A stretch of DNA of 64,000 bases from Vulcanimicrobiota bacterium (GTDB taxonomy: Bacteria > Vulcanimicrobiota > Vulcanimicrobiia > Vulcanimicrobiales > Vulcanimicrobiaceae), in contig OY970223.1 of the NCBI GenBank assembly GCA_963714015.1, positions 448,001 to 512,000 of the forward strand. The letters run 5' to 3'. A program made the translations under genes and the position numbers. The stretch's first letter is position 1. Every line of letters begins with the position of its first letter. The notes under the pieces were generated by a model. It ran no database searches. It saw only the letters and a program-made list of their open reading frames with translations, and had not been told where the DNA came from. This document shows positions 34,867 through 44,513 of this stretch, piece after piece.

Positions 34867-36226
34867 AGTCCGGTTTTTTAGGAAGCGGCCGCGCGGGATT
34901 GCCGGCAACGCGCTCGCCCGCCGGAACGTCCTTGGTCACGACGGCGGACGCTCCGGTCAACGCGCCGTCGCCGACGGTGACCGGTGCAACAAGCGACGTG
35001 TTCGATCCGATCGAAACGCTGCGGCCGATCGTCGTTTTGTTCTTACGCACGCCGTCGTAATTGCACGTAATCGTTCCGGCTCCGATGTTGGTGTCCTCGC
35101 CGATTTCTGCATCGCCCAGGTAGGACAGGTGACTGGCTTTTACGCTCGGCGCGAGCTGCGAGTTCTTAATCTCCACGAAGTTGCCGATGTGCACGCGGTC
35201 GGAGAGCACCGTGTTGCCGCGCAGATGCGCGAAAGGACCGATCGTCACGTCGTCGCCGACGGTGCTCTCGATGATGACGCTCTCGCGAACCGTAACGCGC
35301 GCTCCGAGTCTTGCCGCGGAAAGCCGTGCATTGGGACCGATGACGCAATCTTCGCCGATCTCGCTCAAACGCCCGATGCTGGAGTTGGGATAAATCACGG
35401 TGTCCCGGCCGATGCGCAGTTCGGGTTCGACGTACGTTGTCTGGGGATCCACGATCGTCACGCCTTCGCGCATATATTGCGCGCACAGCCGTTCGTTCAT
35501 TTCCTTGCGCGCCTGTGCGAGTTCAACGCGATCGTTGATCCCGAGCACGTGCAGATGATCGGTCGCCATGACGGGGACCACCGGTCTTCCGTTGTTGACC
35601 AAATCCGCTATCGTGTCGGTCAAATAATACTCTCGCTGCGCGTTCTCGTTCCGCAGCCGGGCCGCGGCCTCGCGAAGCGCGGCCTCGTCGTAAGCGTAAA
35701 TGCCGGCGTTCATCTCGTCGACCGCGAGCTGGGCAGGCGACGCGTCGCGCGCTTCGACGATGCGTTCCACCTGCGTACCCCGCCTAATTACGCGGCCGAA
35801 GTTGGAAGGAAGCGGCATTCGCACGGTCACCATCGCCAGCCCTGCGGTCTGACCGTTCGCTGCCCCGGCACTTTGCAGCGATCCGACGGCGCCGCGAAAC
35901 AGCTCTTCGTTGACCAGCGGCATGTCTCCGTACGCGACGACGATATGGCCGCCGGCCTGCGGCGGCAACTCGCGCAGCGCTACTTGGACCGCGTGCCCGG
36001 TTCCAAGCTGTTCGTTCTGGACGATTCCGCGCACGCCGAATTCGGCAATCTTCGGCTGCAGTTCGTCGTTGGTTACGACGACGATCTCGTCGACTCCCGA
36101 ACGGCGGAGCGCACTGAGCACGTACCAAAGCATGGGTCTGCCGCACATCTCGTGCAGCACCTTGGCTTTGGCGCTCTTCATCCGCGTGCCTTTGCCCGCA
36201 GCCAACACTATCGCTCGAACGGCCAC
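34865..36226 (-). CDS. glmU: Bifunctional UDP-GlcNAc pyrophosphorylase/acetyltransferase
   Basis: LAAGKGTRMKS, QLGTGHA, EYYLTD, hexapeptide repeats, NIGAGTITCNYDG. Confidence 0.96.
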   Translation of the reverse strand: MAVRAIVLAAGKGTRMKSAKAKVLHEMCGRPMLWYVLSALRRSGVDEIVVVTNDELQPKIAEFGVRGIVQNEQLGTGHAVQVALRELPPQAGGHIVVAYGDMPLVNEELFRGAVGSLQSAGAANGQTAGLAMVTVRMPLPSNFGRVIRRGTQVERIVEARDASPAQLAVDEMNAGIYAYDEAALREAAARLRNENAQREYYLTDTIADLVNNGRPVVPVMATDHLHVLGINDRVELAQARKEMNERLCAQYMREGVTIVDPQTTYVEPELRIGRDTVIYPNSSIGRLSEIGEDCVIGPNARLSAARLGARVTVRESVIIESTVGDDVTIGPFAHLRGNTVLSDRVHIGNFVEIKNSQLAPSVKASHLSYLGDAEIGEDTNIGAGTITCNYDGVRKNKTTIGRSVSIGSNTSLVAPVTVGDGALTGASAVVTKDVPAGERVAGNPARPLPKKPD

Positions 36227-36227
36227 G

Positions 36228-37675
36228 TTAGTGCAGCGCCTCCAGCGCTGCCCGCAAACGGCGCAGCGATTCCACTTTTCCTAGCATCTCCATGCCGTCG
36301 AAGAGCGGCAACGAGGTCGGGCTACCGGTAATGGCGATGTAAAACAACCGCGCTACATCCTTGAATTTTACGGTTCCGTCGGCTTGCGCAACACCGCTTT
36401 TGAGGCGTTCGCCTATGGAAGACTGTTTCCAGGACCCGCTTTCGAGCGAGATTAGCGACTCGATCGCGCCGTCCAGCACTTGCTTGGCTCGATCCTCCGG
36501 AACTTTCGGCAGCGCGAGATCGCGCCGGCCGACCTCGGGAGCCTGCGCCAGAAACTCGATCATCGGAGCGACGCCGGCGAGCGTTTCGATGCGCGGCGCG
36601 ACGATGGCAGCGATACGCTCCCGCTGCTCCGCCGGTATCGCGCTGGGCCAAACAAAACCCCATTCCGCCAGAACGCTCAAGAACTCGACGGCAGAAAGAC
36701 GCCGAATCCACTGGCCGTTGAGCCAGTTCAGCTTCGACAAATCGAAAACCGGACCGCCGAGCGCGATGCGAGTCAGTTCGAAGCCGCGCGCCATCCCAAG
36801 GACCAGCGCCGACGGTCCCTCGCACTCGAGCAAATCGGGATTGTCGTTGCGCGAATCGATGAGCACTCCCAAGAAATTGAGCAGCGCTTCCGCCAAGTAT
36901 CCGCGTTCGCGGTAGTAAAGAATGCTCGTGGGGTTCTTGCGTTTGCTGAGCTTGCTCTTGTCCGGATTGCGCAGAAGCGGCAAATGGCAGAGCTGGGGGC
37001 TTCCCACCCGAAGTACCGATAGAGCAAAATGTGCTTTGGCGCGGAGCTGATCCATTCTTCGCCGCGAATCACGTGCGTGATCCCCATCAGATGATCGTCG
37101 ACGACGTTGGCCAGATGGTAGGTCGGGAAGCCGTCGGACTTCATCAGCACCTGCATGTCGACGCTTTTCCATTCGATCTCGATTCGCCCGCGGAGCAAGT
37201 CGGTAAAGACGCAGGTACCCTCTTGCGGCACTTTCATCCGAACAACTCCCGCAAGCCCGGCCTTCTGATTCGCGGAAACCTGTTCGGCGTTGAGTTGCAA
37301 GCAGTTGCCGTCGTAATGCGGCGGCTGCTTAGCGAGCCGCTGATTCTCGCGCATCTCTTCCAACCGCTCGGGCGTGCAGAAGCACCAAAAAGCGTCGCCT
37401 TGCGCGAGCAATCGATCGACGTGCTCGCGGTAAATCGCCGATCGCTCGCTTTGCCTGACCGGCTCACCGCTCCACTCTAGGCCGAGCCACTGCAGCGAGC
37501 GTAGAATCGCGCTCTCGGACTCCGCCGTGCTGCGCGCCCGATCCGTATCCTCGATTCGAAGCACGAACTCGCCGCCCTGACTCTTCGCAAAGCAAAGATT
37601 CACGAGCGCGACGTACGCAGTGCCTACGTGCGGATCGCCGGTCGGCGACGGCGCTACTCTGGTTCTGACACTCAA
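36228..37675 (-). CDS. gltX: Glutamate--tRNA ligase; 1-base deletion near 36995
   Basis: [11 protein letters not shown] (HIGH), [15 protein letters not shown]; second frame has KLSKR (KMSKS) and the anticodon domain. Confidence 0.93.
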
Positions 37676-37836
37676 GATGCGTTAATCCTTATTCCCAGGC
37701 GATCTTGGCGCAAGCGGTTCGCATTGCGGCCACAACGAGCTTTGCGAAGCGGGATTTGAGAGTCCGGACGGGATGCGCGGTTCACAACTCGTTCTTTGAA
37801 AAAACGAGACAGCGGCAAATTTGAGTGGACGTGATA

Positions 37837-38253
37837 TCAGCCCACGAGTTCGCGTCTTTTCCCGCACGCCTCTTGTACGAAATTGATGATGTCCGCAAGT
37901 GGAGCGCCGGGCGTAAAGATCGCTTGCACGCCTTTACGCCGCAGCTCCTCGGCGTCTTCGGGCGGAATCGTGCCGCCGCCGAAAAAGACGATGTCCGCGG
38001 CGCCTTGGGCTTTGAGCTGTTCGACGATCAAAGGGAAAAGCGTCATATGCGCGCCGGAGAGTATGGAGAGTCCGATCCCGTCGGCGTCCTCTTGAATCGC
38101 GGTCTGTACGATCTGTTCGGGGGCTTGGAAGAGCCCCGTGTAGATCACTTCCATCCCGGCGTCCCGCAACGCGCGCGCAATTACTTTGGCGCCGCGGTCG
38201 TGGCCGTCCAGTCCGGCTTTGGCGATGACGATTCGGAGCGGCCGCGAGCTCAT
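37837..38253 (-). CDS. Acyl-CoA mutase small cobalamin-binding subunit (IcmB-like)
   Basis: GLDGHDRGAK (DxHxxG), SILSGAH, GGGTIP, IFTPG. Confidence 0.92.
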   Translation of the reverse strand: MSSRPLRIVIAKAGLDGHDRGAKVIARALRDAGMEVIYTGLFQAPEQIVQTAIQEDADGIGLSILSGAHMTLFPLIVEQLKAQGAADIVFFGGGTIPPEDAEELRRKGVQAIFTPGAPLADIINFVQEACGKRRELVG

Positions 38254-38396
38254 CTCGGCGCTCCGGCTGGTTCCCTGACCGTTTGATGCTCTTCGAGTTC
38301 TTGCGAAAGACGCAGCGCCTCTTCCAACTTCCGCGTTACTTCTTTCAGTGTCTGCTCGGCGGCTTGCCGCTCGTCGTCATTGCGGATTCGCATCAT
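38250..38396 (-). CDS. 48-aa coiled-coil-like hypothetical protein
   Basis: TAATG overlap with the large-subunit stop and ATGA overlap with the small-subunit start; [37 protein letters not shown]... Confidence 0.6.
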   Translation of the reverse strand: MMRIRNDDERQAAEQTLKEVTRKLEEALRLSQELEEHQTVREPAGAPR

Positions 38397-40108
38397 TAAA
38401 ATGCAGCTCTCTCCGTGTAACGGCCGTAGACTTCGATCATTGCATCGGCGATTTCGCCTTCGGTGGCGTACGCGTTGACGCAATCGATCAGATGAGGCAT
38501 CAAGTTGTCGTTGGGATCCTTGCACGCGGCTTTGAGGCGATCCAGCATAGATTGCACAGTCTCGCGATTGCGGCGGTCGCGCACTTCTTGTACCGAACGG
38601 GCTTGCGCGCGCTCCACCTCTTCGGTGATCTTGAGCAGTTCGATGTCCGAGCGATCTTCGGGCCTCTCGAAGGCGTTGACGCCGACGATGACGCGATCTT
38701 TGGTCTCGAGCGAACGCTGGTATCGATAACTCGCGTCGGCGATTTCTCGCTGGAAGAAGCCGGCTTCTATCGCTTCGATTACGCCGCCGTATTCGTCGAT
38801 TTGACGGAAATAGTCTTCGGCTTCGCGCTCCATCTGCTCGGTCAGCGCTTCGACGTAATAGGAACCGCCGAGCGGATCCACCACGTTCGTGACGTTCGTT
38901 TCATACGCCAGAACCTGCTGCGTGCGCAGCGCTATCTCGACCGATTTTTCGGTCGGCAGCGCGAGCACTTCGTCCATCGAATTGGTGTGCAGCGATTGCG
39001 TTCCGCCCAGAACCGCTGCCATCGCTTCGTATGCGACGCGAACGATATTGTTCTCGGGTTGCTGAGCGGTCGCGCTGCACCCTGCGGTCTGCGTGTGAAA
39101 ACGCAGCTGCCACGACCTCGGATCTTTGGCACCGTACCGTTCGCGCAGATGGCGCGCCCAAATACGGCGAGCCGCACGGTATTTGCATATCTCCTCGAAA
39201 AAGTCGATATGCGCGTTGAAGAAAAAGGAGAGGCGCGGCACGAACGAGTCGACGTCCATGCCGGCGGCGATTCCCGCTTCGACATAGGCGAAGCCGTCGG
39301 CAAGCGTGAACGCCAGTTCTTGAACGGCTGTAGATCCGGCTTCCCGAATATGGTAGCCGCTGATCGAGATCGTGTTCCACTTCGGCATCTCATCGCGGCA
39401 GAACCGCATCATATCCACGATGACGCGCATGTGAGGGCGCGGCGGAAAGATCCACTCTTTCTGCGCGATGTATTCCTTGAGGATGTCGGCTTGAATCGTG
39501 CCGCCCAGCGCGGCGCGGGGAATGCCCTTCTTTTCAGCGGCGGCGATGTATTGCGCAAGTGCGATGCACGCCGGACCATTGATCGTCATCGACGTGGTGA
39601 TGTCGCCCATGTCGATGCCGTCGAAGAGCTGATCCATGTCCGCAAGAGAATCGATGGCGACGCCGCATTTGCCGACTTCGCCGCGCGCCTTCTTGGAGTC
39701 CGAATCGAAACCCATGAGCGTCGGCATGTCGAAGGCCACCGATAAACCGTGCTGGCCCTGGGAGAGGAGAAAATGATAGCGCTCGTTGGTCTGTTTGGCG
39801 GTGCCGAATCCGGCGAACTGACGCATCGTCCAGAGGCGGTCACGATACATATTTGGGTGGATCCCGCGCGTGTACGGGTACTGCCCGGGATAGCTCAGGT
39901 CGGTTGCCAAGTCCAGGCCGGCAACGTCCTGCGGCCCGTAGAGCGTCTTCAGAGGAAGGTCGGAGATCGTGCGATCGACCGCCCCGGAACCGGCGCCCTT
40001 GCGCCCTTTGCCGCGCGCGGACGCCGCTTCCCAGCCTTCTTTCTGCTCGGTAAATTCGTCGGTGGGTAGAGCGCCCAGACCGCTGGGACGCTGGATCATT
40101 TTTGCCAA
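38396..40108 (-). CDS. icmA: B12-dependent acyl-CoA mutase large subunit, isobutyryl-CoA mutase type
   Basis: [34 protein letters not shown]. Confidence 0.8.
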   Translation of the reverse strand: MAKMIQRPSGLGALPTDEFTEQKEGWEAASARGKGRKGAGSGAVDRTISDLPLKTLYGPQDVAGLDLATDLSYPGQYPYTRGIHPNMYRDRLWTMRQFAGFGTAKQTNERYHFLLSQGQHGLSVAFDMPTLMGFDSDSKKARGEVGKCGVAIDSLADMDQLFDGIDMGDITTSMTINGPACIALAQYIAAAEKKGIPRAALGGTIQADILKEYIAQKEWIFPPRPHMRVIVDMMRFCRDEMPKWNTISISGYHIREAGSTAVQELAFTLADGFAYVEAGIAAGMDVDSFVPRLSFFFNAHIDFFEEICKYRAARRIWARHLRERYGAKDPRSWQLRFHTQTAGCSATAQQPENNIVRVAYEAMAAVLGGTQSLHTNSMDEVLALPTEKSVEIALRTQQVLAYETNVTNVVDPLGGSYYVEALTEQMEREAEDYFRQIDEYGGVIEAIEAGFFQREIADASYRYQRSLETKDRVIVGVNAFERPEDRSDIELLKITEEVERAQARSVQEVRDRRNRETVQSMLDRLKAACKDPNDNLMPHLIDCVNAYATEGEIADAMIEVYGRYTERAAF

Positions 40109-40254
40109 GAGTGCCTTCCCTTTGCCGGGCGGTGAAGTTTCGCCGCCGGCTCCGATTTTACCGCAGTATTCTCGCCCATTGCGGCGCGGCAGGCAGACTT
40201 CAAGGTCATAGCGGGCTCGGGCCGAGACGGCGCCCGCCTGCCGAAGCTAAGGGA

Positions 40255-40986
40255 TCAGGGCCCGTCGCAAGCCCTGACGGCCCCCAGCGCCGGCGCAATA
40301 AAGCCCAGCTCTTGCGCATGCAGCGCCTTCTGCACCGTGGCGGTCGGGGTGTTGAACATCAGGTCTTTCGTGACCGCCGTCATCGTGGCTCCGGGCGTCG
40401 CCACAGCTCGCGCGGGCGCCGGCGTGGTGTAATCGAGCGGATTGCTGTTGTTGTAGTCCGGCACGGCGCCCGCTGATACACTCGCAAGGGCGGGCGGGAG
40501 CGCTCCCGCGTTGAGCGTCCTTCCTGCGACCAGATCGTATTTCGCTGCGAGCGCGTACTGCAGCTTGGCGATGTTGTCCATTCTCGCGCGCAGCTCGTCG
40601 AGCGCGGGGTCTTTGCCCACGGGCGCGTCATGGTACGATTGCGCGAGCTGCTTCTCCACGCCGGCAACGCGCTGATAGATCAATGAAGCTTCCTGATCGA
40701 GTTTTGCGGCGTTCAGATTGAGCTCGCCGTTGGCCGTGTACGTTCCCTGCTGCCCCGTGTCGGACAGAACGTTGGTATCCCAACTTCGGTAGCGGGTGAG
40801 CTGCTTGTCCATCACGACGAATTGATCGCTGTTCTGCTTCTCGACCGTTACGAACGGCATCACCATATGGTGCAGCGCCGTGCACAGCGGACGTGCGGTG
40901 ATCTCAATAATCGTCTTGAGCGGTGTAGCCGAGGGCTGCGGCGCCGGCGAGGTCTGCAGCGCCAACAAAACGACGGCTTCGATCAA
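40255..40986 (-). CDS. Exported hypothetical protein (paralog 1)
   Basis: Short hydrophobic N-terminus, PSATP linker, ARPLCTALH, C-terminal CDG. Confidence 0.8.
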   Translation of the reverse strand: MIEAVVLLALQTSPAPQPSATPLKTIIEITARPLCTALHHMVMPFVTVEKQNSDQFVVMDKQLTRYRSWDTNVLSDTGQQGTYTANGELNLNAAKLDQEASLIYQRVAGVEKQLAQSYHDAPVGKDPALDELRARMDNIAKLQYALAAKYDLVAGRTLNAGALPPALASVSAGAVPDYNNSNPLDYTTPAPARAVATPGATMTAVTKDLMFNTPTATVQKALHAQELGFIAPALGAVRACDGP

Positions 40987-40987
40987 T

Positions 40988-41749
40988 CTATTGGCCGTCG
41001 CAGCTTTTCACAGCCGAGATTGCCGGCTTAGTGAAGGATAATTCCTGAACGAGCATCCCGCGATACAGATCGCCGCCGGAGGCGCGAATCAAAAAATCAC
41101 GATCGACGGGAGCATCGGTCCCGTTGGGCGGCGTCAACGCGCCTGCCGGAGGCGGAGTGAAAGAGTCCGCGATTGGGTCCTGATTGAAGTCGGGGATCAG
41201 CATCTGCGAGCTGTACGCCGGATCCTGAATGATGTTGAGCAGTCCTGTGGAGTCCAGCGTGCGTCCCGCAACGGCGTCGTACTTGCTGGCCAGCGCGTAC
41301 TGCAGTTTCACTATGTTGTCGATGCGCGCGCGAAGCTCGTCCAGCGCGGCATCGCTACCGGTGGGAATGTCACGGTACGAATGCGCGAGCTGCGTCTCGA
41401 CGTCCGCGAGCGATTGATACATCAAGGACGCTTGCTGATCGATTCGGCCGGCCTGAAGGAGCTGCGCTCCGTTGGCGGTGTTGCTGCCGTTGGCGCCCAG
41501 CTCGAGCGTCGTTCCGTGCGAGTCCCATTTATGATACTCGACGAGTTCCTTGTCCATCGTCTTGAACGATTCGTTGTTCTTCTTTTCGGTTATCACGAAC
41601 GGCAGCACGATCTTGTGCAGCGCCGTGCACAGCGGCCGAGCGCGCAGATGAATGATCGTCGGCAAGCTGGGTGCCGGCGTGGGGGACGGAAATAGCGCCG
41701 GCGTCTGACCGGCGAAGAACAGCAGTAAGAGCAGGGGCAGAGCGGTCAC
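40988..41749 (-). CDS. Exported hypothetical protein (paralog 2)
   Basis: ARPLCTALH, ALDELRARIDNIVKLQYALASKYD, C-terminal CDG shared with neighbour. Confidence 0.8.
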   Translation of the reverse strand: MTALPLLLLLFFAGQTPALFPSPTPAPSLPTIIHLRARPLCTALHKIVLPFVITEKKNNESFKTMDKELVEYHKWDSHGTTLELGANGSNTANGAQLLQAGRIDQQASLMYQSLADVETQLAHSYRDIPTGSDAALDELRARIDNIVKLQYALASKYDAVAGRTLDSTGLLNIIQDPAYSSQMLIPDFNQDPIADSFTPPPAGALTPPNGTDAPVDRDFLIRASGGDLYRGMLVQELSFTKPAISAVKSCDGQ

Positions 41750-42735
41750 GGAGTCAGGCCTTTCACTGTAGCGCGGTTTCGAGCCGCGCGATGCGGTTCG
41801 TCGGTCTGATAAGGCTGCACGCCGAACGTCTGAAGGATGCGTTCGGCGGCGGCATACGGATCGACACCCGCGGCAACTTCACTTTCAAGTTCGCGTTCGA
41901 GCTTCCGCTGGAGATGTCCGAGAGCGAGCTGGCGCACCTGATGGATGAACGCTTCGCGCCGCTTTTCTGTGATCTCGCCGGAGCGCTGCAAGTATTCGAC
42001 ATGACGTTCGACTGCCGTCCACAAGTCGTCGATCCCCTCGCCGGTGGTCGCTTGCGTCATGACCAGTTCCGGAACCCAGCCGCTGAAGTCGAGCATCTCC
42101 ATCATGGAACGAATTTCGCGCTTGAGCTGATTCGCCATCGGGTGATCTTTCTTGTTCACCGCGAAGACGTCGGCGACTTCCATGATGCCGGCTTTGAGCA
42201 CCTGGATCGAATCACCGCTGCCGGGCTGAAGCGCGACGACCGTGGTTTGGGCCAGTTCGGCAATCTCGATCTCGGATTGGCCGACGCCGACCGTTTCGAT
42301 TATGACGACGTCGAGACCGAACGCATCCATCAGGAGCACCGCGTCGGCCGTCGCCCCCGCAAGGCCGCCCAAATGTCCGCGGCTGGCCATCGAGCGAATG
42401 AAAACGCCGCTGTCGGTGAAGTGTTCGGTGAGACGAATCCGATCGCCCAAAAGCGCTCCATGCGAGAACGGCGACGTCGGGTCGACTGAAACGACGCCGA
42501 CACTCTTGCCGAGCGAACGCGCCTTGCGGACAAGCGCCGAACTCAACGTGGACTTCCCCACGCCGGGCGGTCCGGTCAACCCGATCGTCATCGCTCGTCC
42601 GGTCTTGGCGAACAAGTGGCGGATCAAATCCGCGCCGCGTCCGGATTCTGCATGCGATATTGCGCGGGCCAGCGCGCGCGGCGATCCCTCGTGGAACTGC
42701 TGCAGCAAGCCCGCGTGTCCGTTACTCTCAGTCAA
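41746..42735 (-). CDS. meaB: Mutase-associated GTPase chaperone MeaB/ArgK
   Basis: GPPGVGKST, DPTSPFSHGALLGDRIR, ETVGVGQSE, NKKD; TTG start assumed. Confidence 0.93.
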   Translation of the reverse strand: MTESNGHAGLLQQFHEGSPRALARAISHAESGRGADLIRHLFAKTGRAMTIGLTGPPGVGKSTLSSALVRKARSLGKSVGVVSVDPTSPFSHGALLGDRIRLTEHFTDSGVFIRSMASRGHLGGLAGATADAVLLMDAFGLDVVIIETVGVGQSEIEIAELAQTTVVALQPGSGDSIQVLKAGIMEVADVFAVNKKDHPMANQLKREIRSMMEMLDFSGWVPELVMTQATTGEGIDDLWTAVERHVEYLQRSGEITEKRREAFIHQVRQLALGHLQRKLERELESEVAAGVDPYAAAERILQTFGVQPYQTDEPHRAARNRATVKGLTP

Positions 42736-42802
42736 TGCACGGAAGGGATTGCCGCCGCCCGGCGCGCGGACCTCCCCCGCCGCGTTCAGAATCAACCGGC
42801 GA

Positions 42803-43813
42803 ATGCATGCCGCGCTCCTCAGTCTGCTCTTTCGTGCGACCGAAGTCGATGCGACGATTCGCCTCGTCATGAGGACGGAGCGCGTTGCCGGAATATCGGT
42901 TACGGCTGCCCGGGACGGCCGCATGGTCTATGCTCGGGGCTTCGGATATGCAAATCTGGGCCGGCGCACCGCGGCGACGGCGCGAACGGTGTACCGCGTC
43001 GGCTCGCTGACCAAAGGGTTCACCGCCGCGCTGGCGATTCGCCTCGCCCGGCAAGGGAAGCTTGGGCTGGACGACCCGATTTCCCGCTATGTGTCCGTTC
43101 CTTGGAACGCCCCGATCACGATCGCGCAGCTGCTCGCTCAGACGAGCGGCGTTCCTTCATATAGCGATTCGTCAGCGCTCTCGCGCGGCGGCCAATACTC
43201 GCCGGAGCAGCTCGTCGCGGCGGTGAGCTCGGAGCCGCTGCTCTTTCAGCCCGGAACGCACTACGCATACAGCAACACCAATTACGTCCTGATCGGCCTG
43301 GCTTTAGAACGCGCCGGGGGCGCGCCGTACGCTCAATTACTGCAGTCGCAGGTGCTCGATCCGCTGGGCCTGCTAAATACAAAGTATGGAGATCAGCCCG
43401 AAGAAGCCCGCGGCTACGCGAGGAACACGTTGAACACCCCGGTCACGCCCAATTCAACTTCCTACGCGTATTCCGCTGCCGGACTGACCTCGGACGCGAT
43501 CGACGTCGTGCACTGGCTGCAAGACGTTCCGCAGCCTTACTACGGATTTTTGCCGGCCCATCTCTACGGGCACGATGTCTTCATTGCAAGCGGCAACGTG
43601 AACGGCTACAGCTCGTTCGCGTTGTTTGACCCGGCTGCGAACGTTCAGATCGCGCTGCTCAGCAATGGCGACGCGCTCGATCTGCAACCGCTTGCGATGG
43701 ACGTTTTCGCGGCAATAGAACCGCCGGCGCCCGGAACGCGCGCGCCTACGCTCCGTAACGCCGTTCGCGCAGACCAAAATCTCCGACCGCTTGTGCGAAG
43801 TGCTGCACCGTGA
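42803..43813 (+). CDS. Serine hydrolase, beta-lactamase/S12 family
   Basis: GSLTK (SxxK), YSNTNY, QLLAQTSG; 3' end overlaps uppS. Confidence 0.87.
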   Translation: MHAALLSLLFRATEVDATIRLVMRTERVAGISVTAARDGRMVYARGFGYANLGRRTAATARTVYRVGSLTKGFTAALAIRLARQGKLGLDDPISRYVSVPWNAPITIAQLLAQTSGVPSYSDSSALSRGGQYSPEQLVAAVSSEPLLFQPGTHYAYSNTNYVLIGLALERAGGAPYAQLLQSQVLDPLGLLNTKYGDQPEEARGYARNTLNTPVTPNSTSYAYSAAGLTSDAIDVVHWLQDVPQPYYGFLPAHLYGHDVFIASGNVNGYSSFALFDPAANVQIALLSNGDALDLQPLAMDVFAAIEPPAPGTRAPTLRNAVRADQNLRPLVRSAAP

Positions 43814-44436
43814 AGTCGGGCCACATGATGGGCAGCGTGACGAACTCGGTGTACGCGACCTGGTAGAGCAGAAAATTCGATAGACGGTACTCTCCGCCGG
43901 TGCGGATCAGCAGTTCCGGATCGCCGGCGTGCGCTGCGTACATCCGGCTGCGCAGCAGCGTGTCGTCGACGTCCTCCGGTCGAAGCTTGCCGGCGGCGGC
44001 CTCACACGCGATGGCGCGAGCGGCGCGCACGATGTCGTCGCGGCCGCTGTAATTGAGCGCAAGATTCAGCGTCAGCCGGCGATTCGTTTGGGTCGCGCGA
44101 ACGAGATGTTTCAAAGCTGCGCGGACCGGAAGCGCGAATGCGCGGGAATCGCCCAACACCTGAACGCGCACTCCTAACTTCATTAAATTCGCGCGCTCGT
44201 TGTGCGCAAAGAACGCGCAAAGTCTGCATCAGCAGCGTTACCTCGGAGGGCTCGCGGTTCCAATTCTCAGTCGAGAACCCGAAGACGGTCAGCGTCTCTA
44301 TGCCGGCTTCGAGCGCTCCGCGCACCGCCTCGCGCAGTGCGCCGATTCCGCGGCGGTACCCTTCGGCGATAGGGAGACCGCGCGCGGCAGCCCAGCGCCG
44401 GTTCCCATCCATGATGATTGCTACGTGCCCCGGCAT
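43746..44436 (-). CDS. uppS: Isoprenyl (undecaprenyl) diphosphate synthase; frameshift at 44223
   Basis: HVAIIMDGNRRW, FSTENWNR; second frame has NYSGR, IRTGGEYRLSNFLLYQ, ERRYG. Confidence 0.9.
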
Positions 44437-44443
44437 ATTAGTA

Positions 44444-44469
44444 ACTTTGTATCACAAAGTAAATCACAA
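44444..44469. promoter_or_regulatory. AT-rich palindrome plus direct repeat in the uppS/tricorn divergent region
   Basis: ACTTTGT-ATC-ACAAAGT perfect inverted repeat; ATCACAA repeated at a 12-bp interval. Confidence 0.5.
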
Positions 44470-44513
44470 TTCAAGCGGAACAAAAGCCTTTCGCGGCCAA
44501 ACCTGTGGCCCTC

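Noticed and set aside
34355..36331. 658-aa plus-strand ORF and similar long antisense ORFs (5102-6307, 15803-17116, 17028-18401, 38348-39745, 23621-25405)
   Set aside because: Overlap well-supported genes on the opposite strand or in another frame; no domain signatures
36228..37675. gltX and the other split genes as true pseudogenes or programmed frameshifts
   Set aside because: Both halves are intact, gltX is normally essential, no slippery heptamers were noticed, and the indels share the AGCT context
40109..40254. Cobalamin riboswitch upstream of the mutase
   Set aside because: Only a simple hairpin (40124-40150); no B12-box or conserved aptamer core recognised
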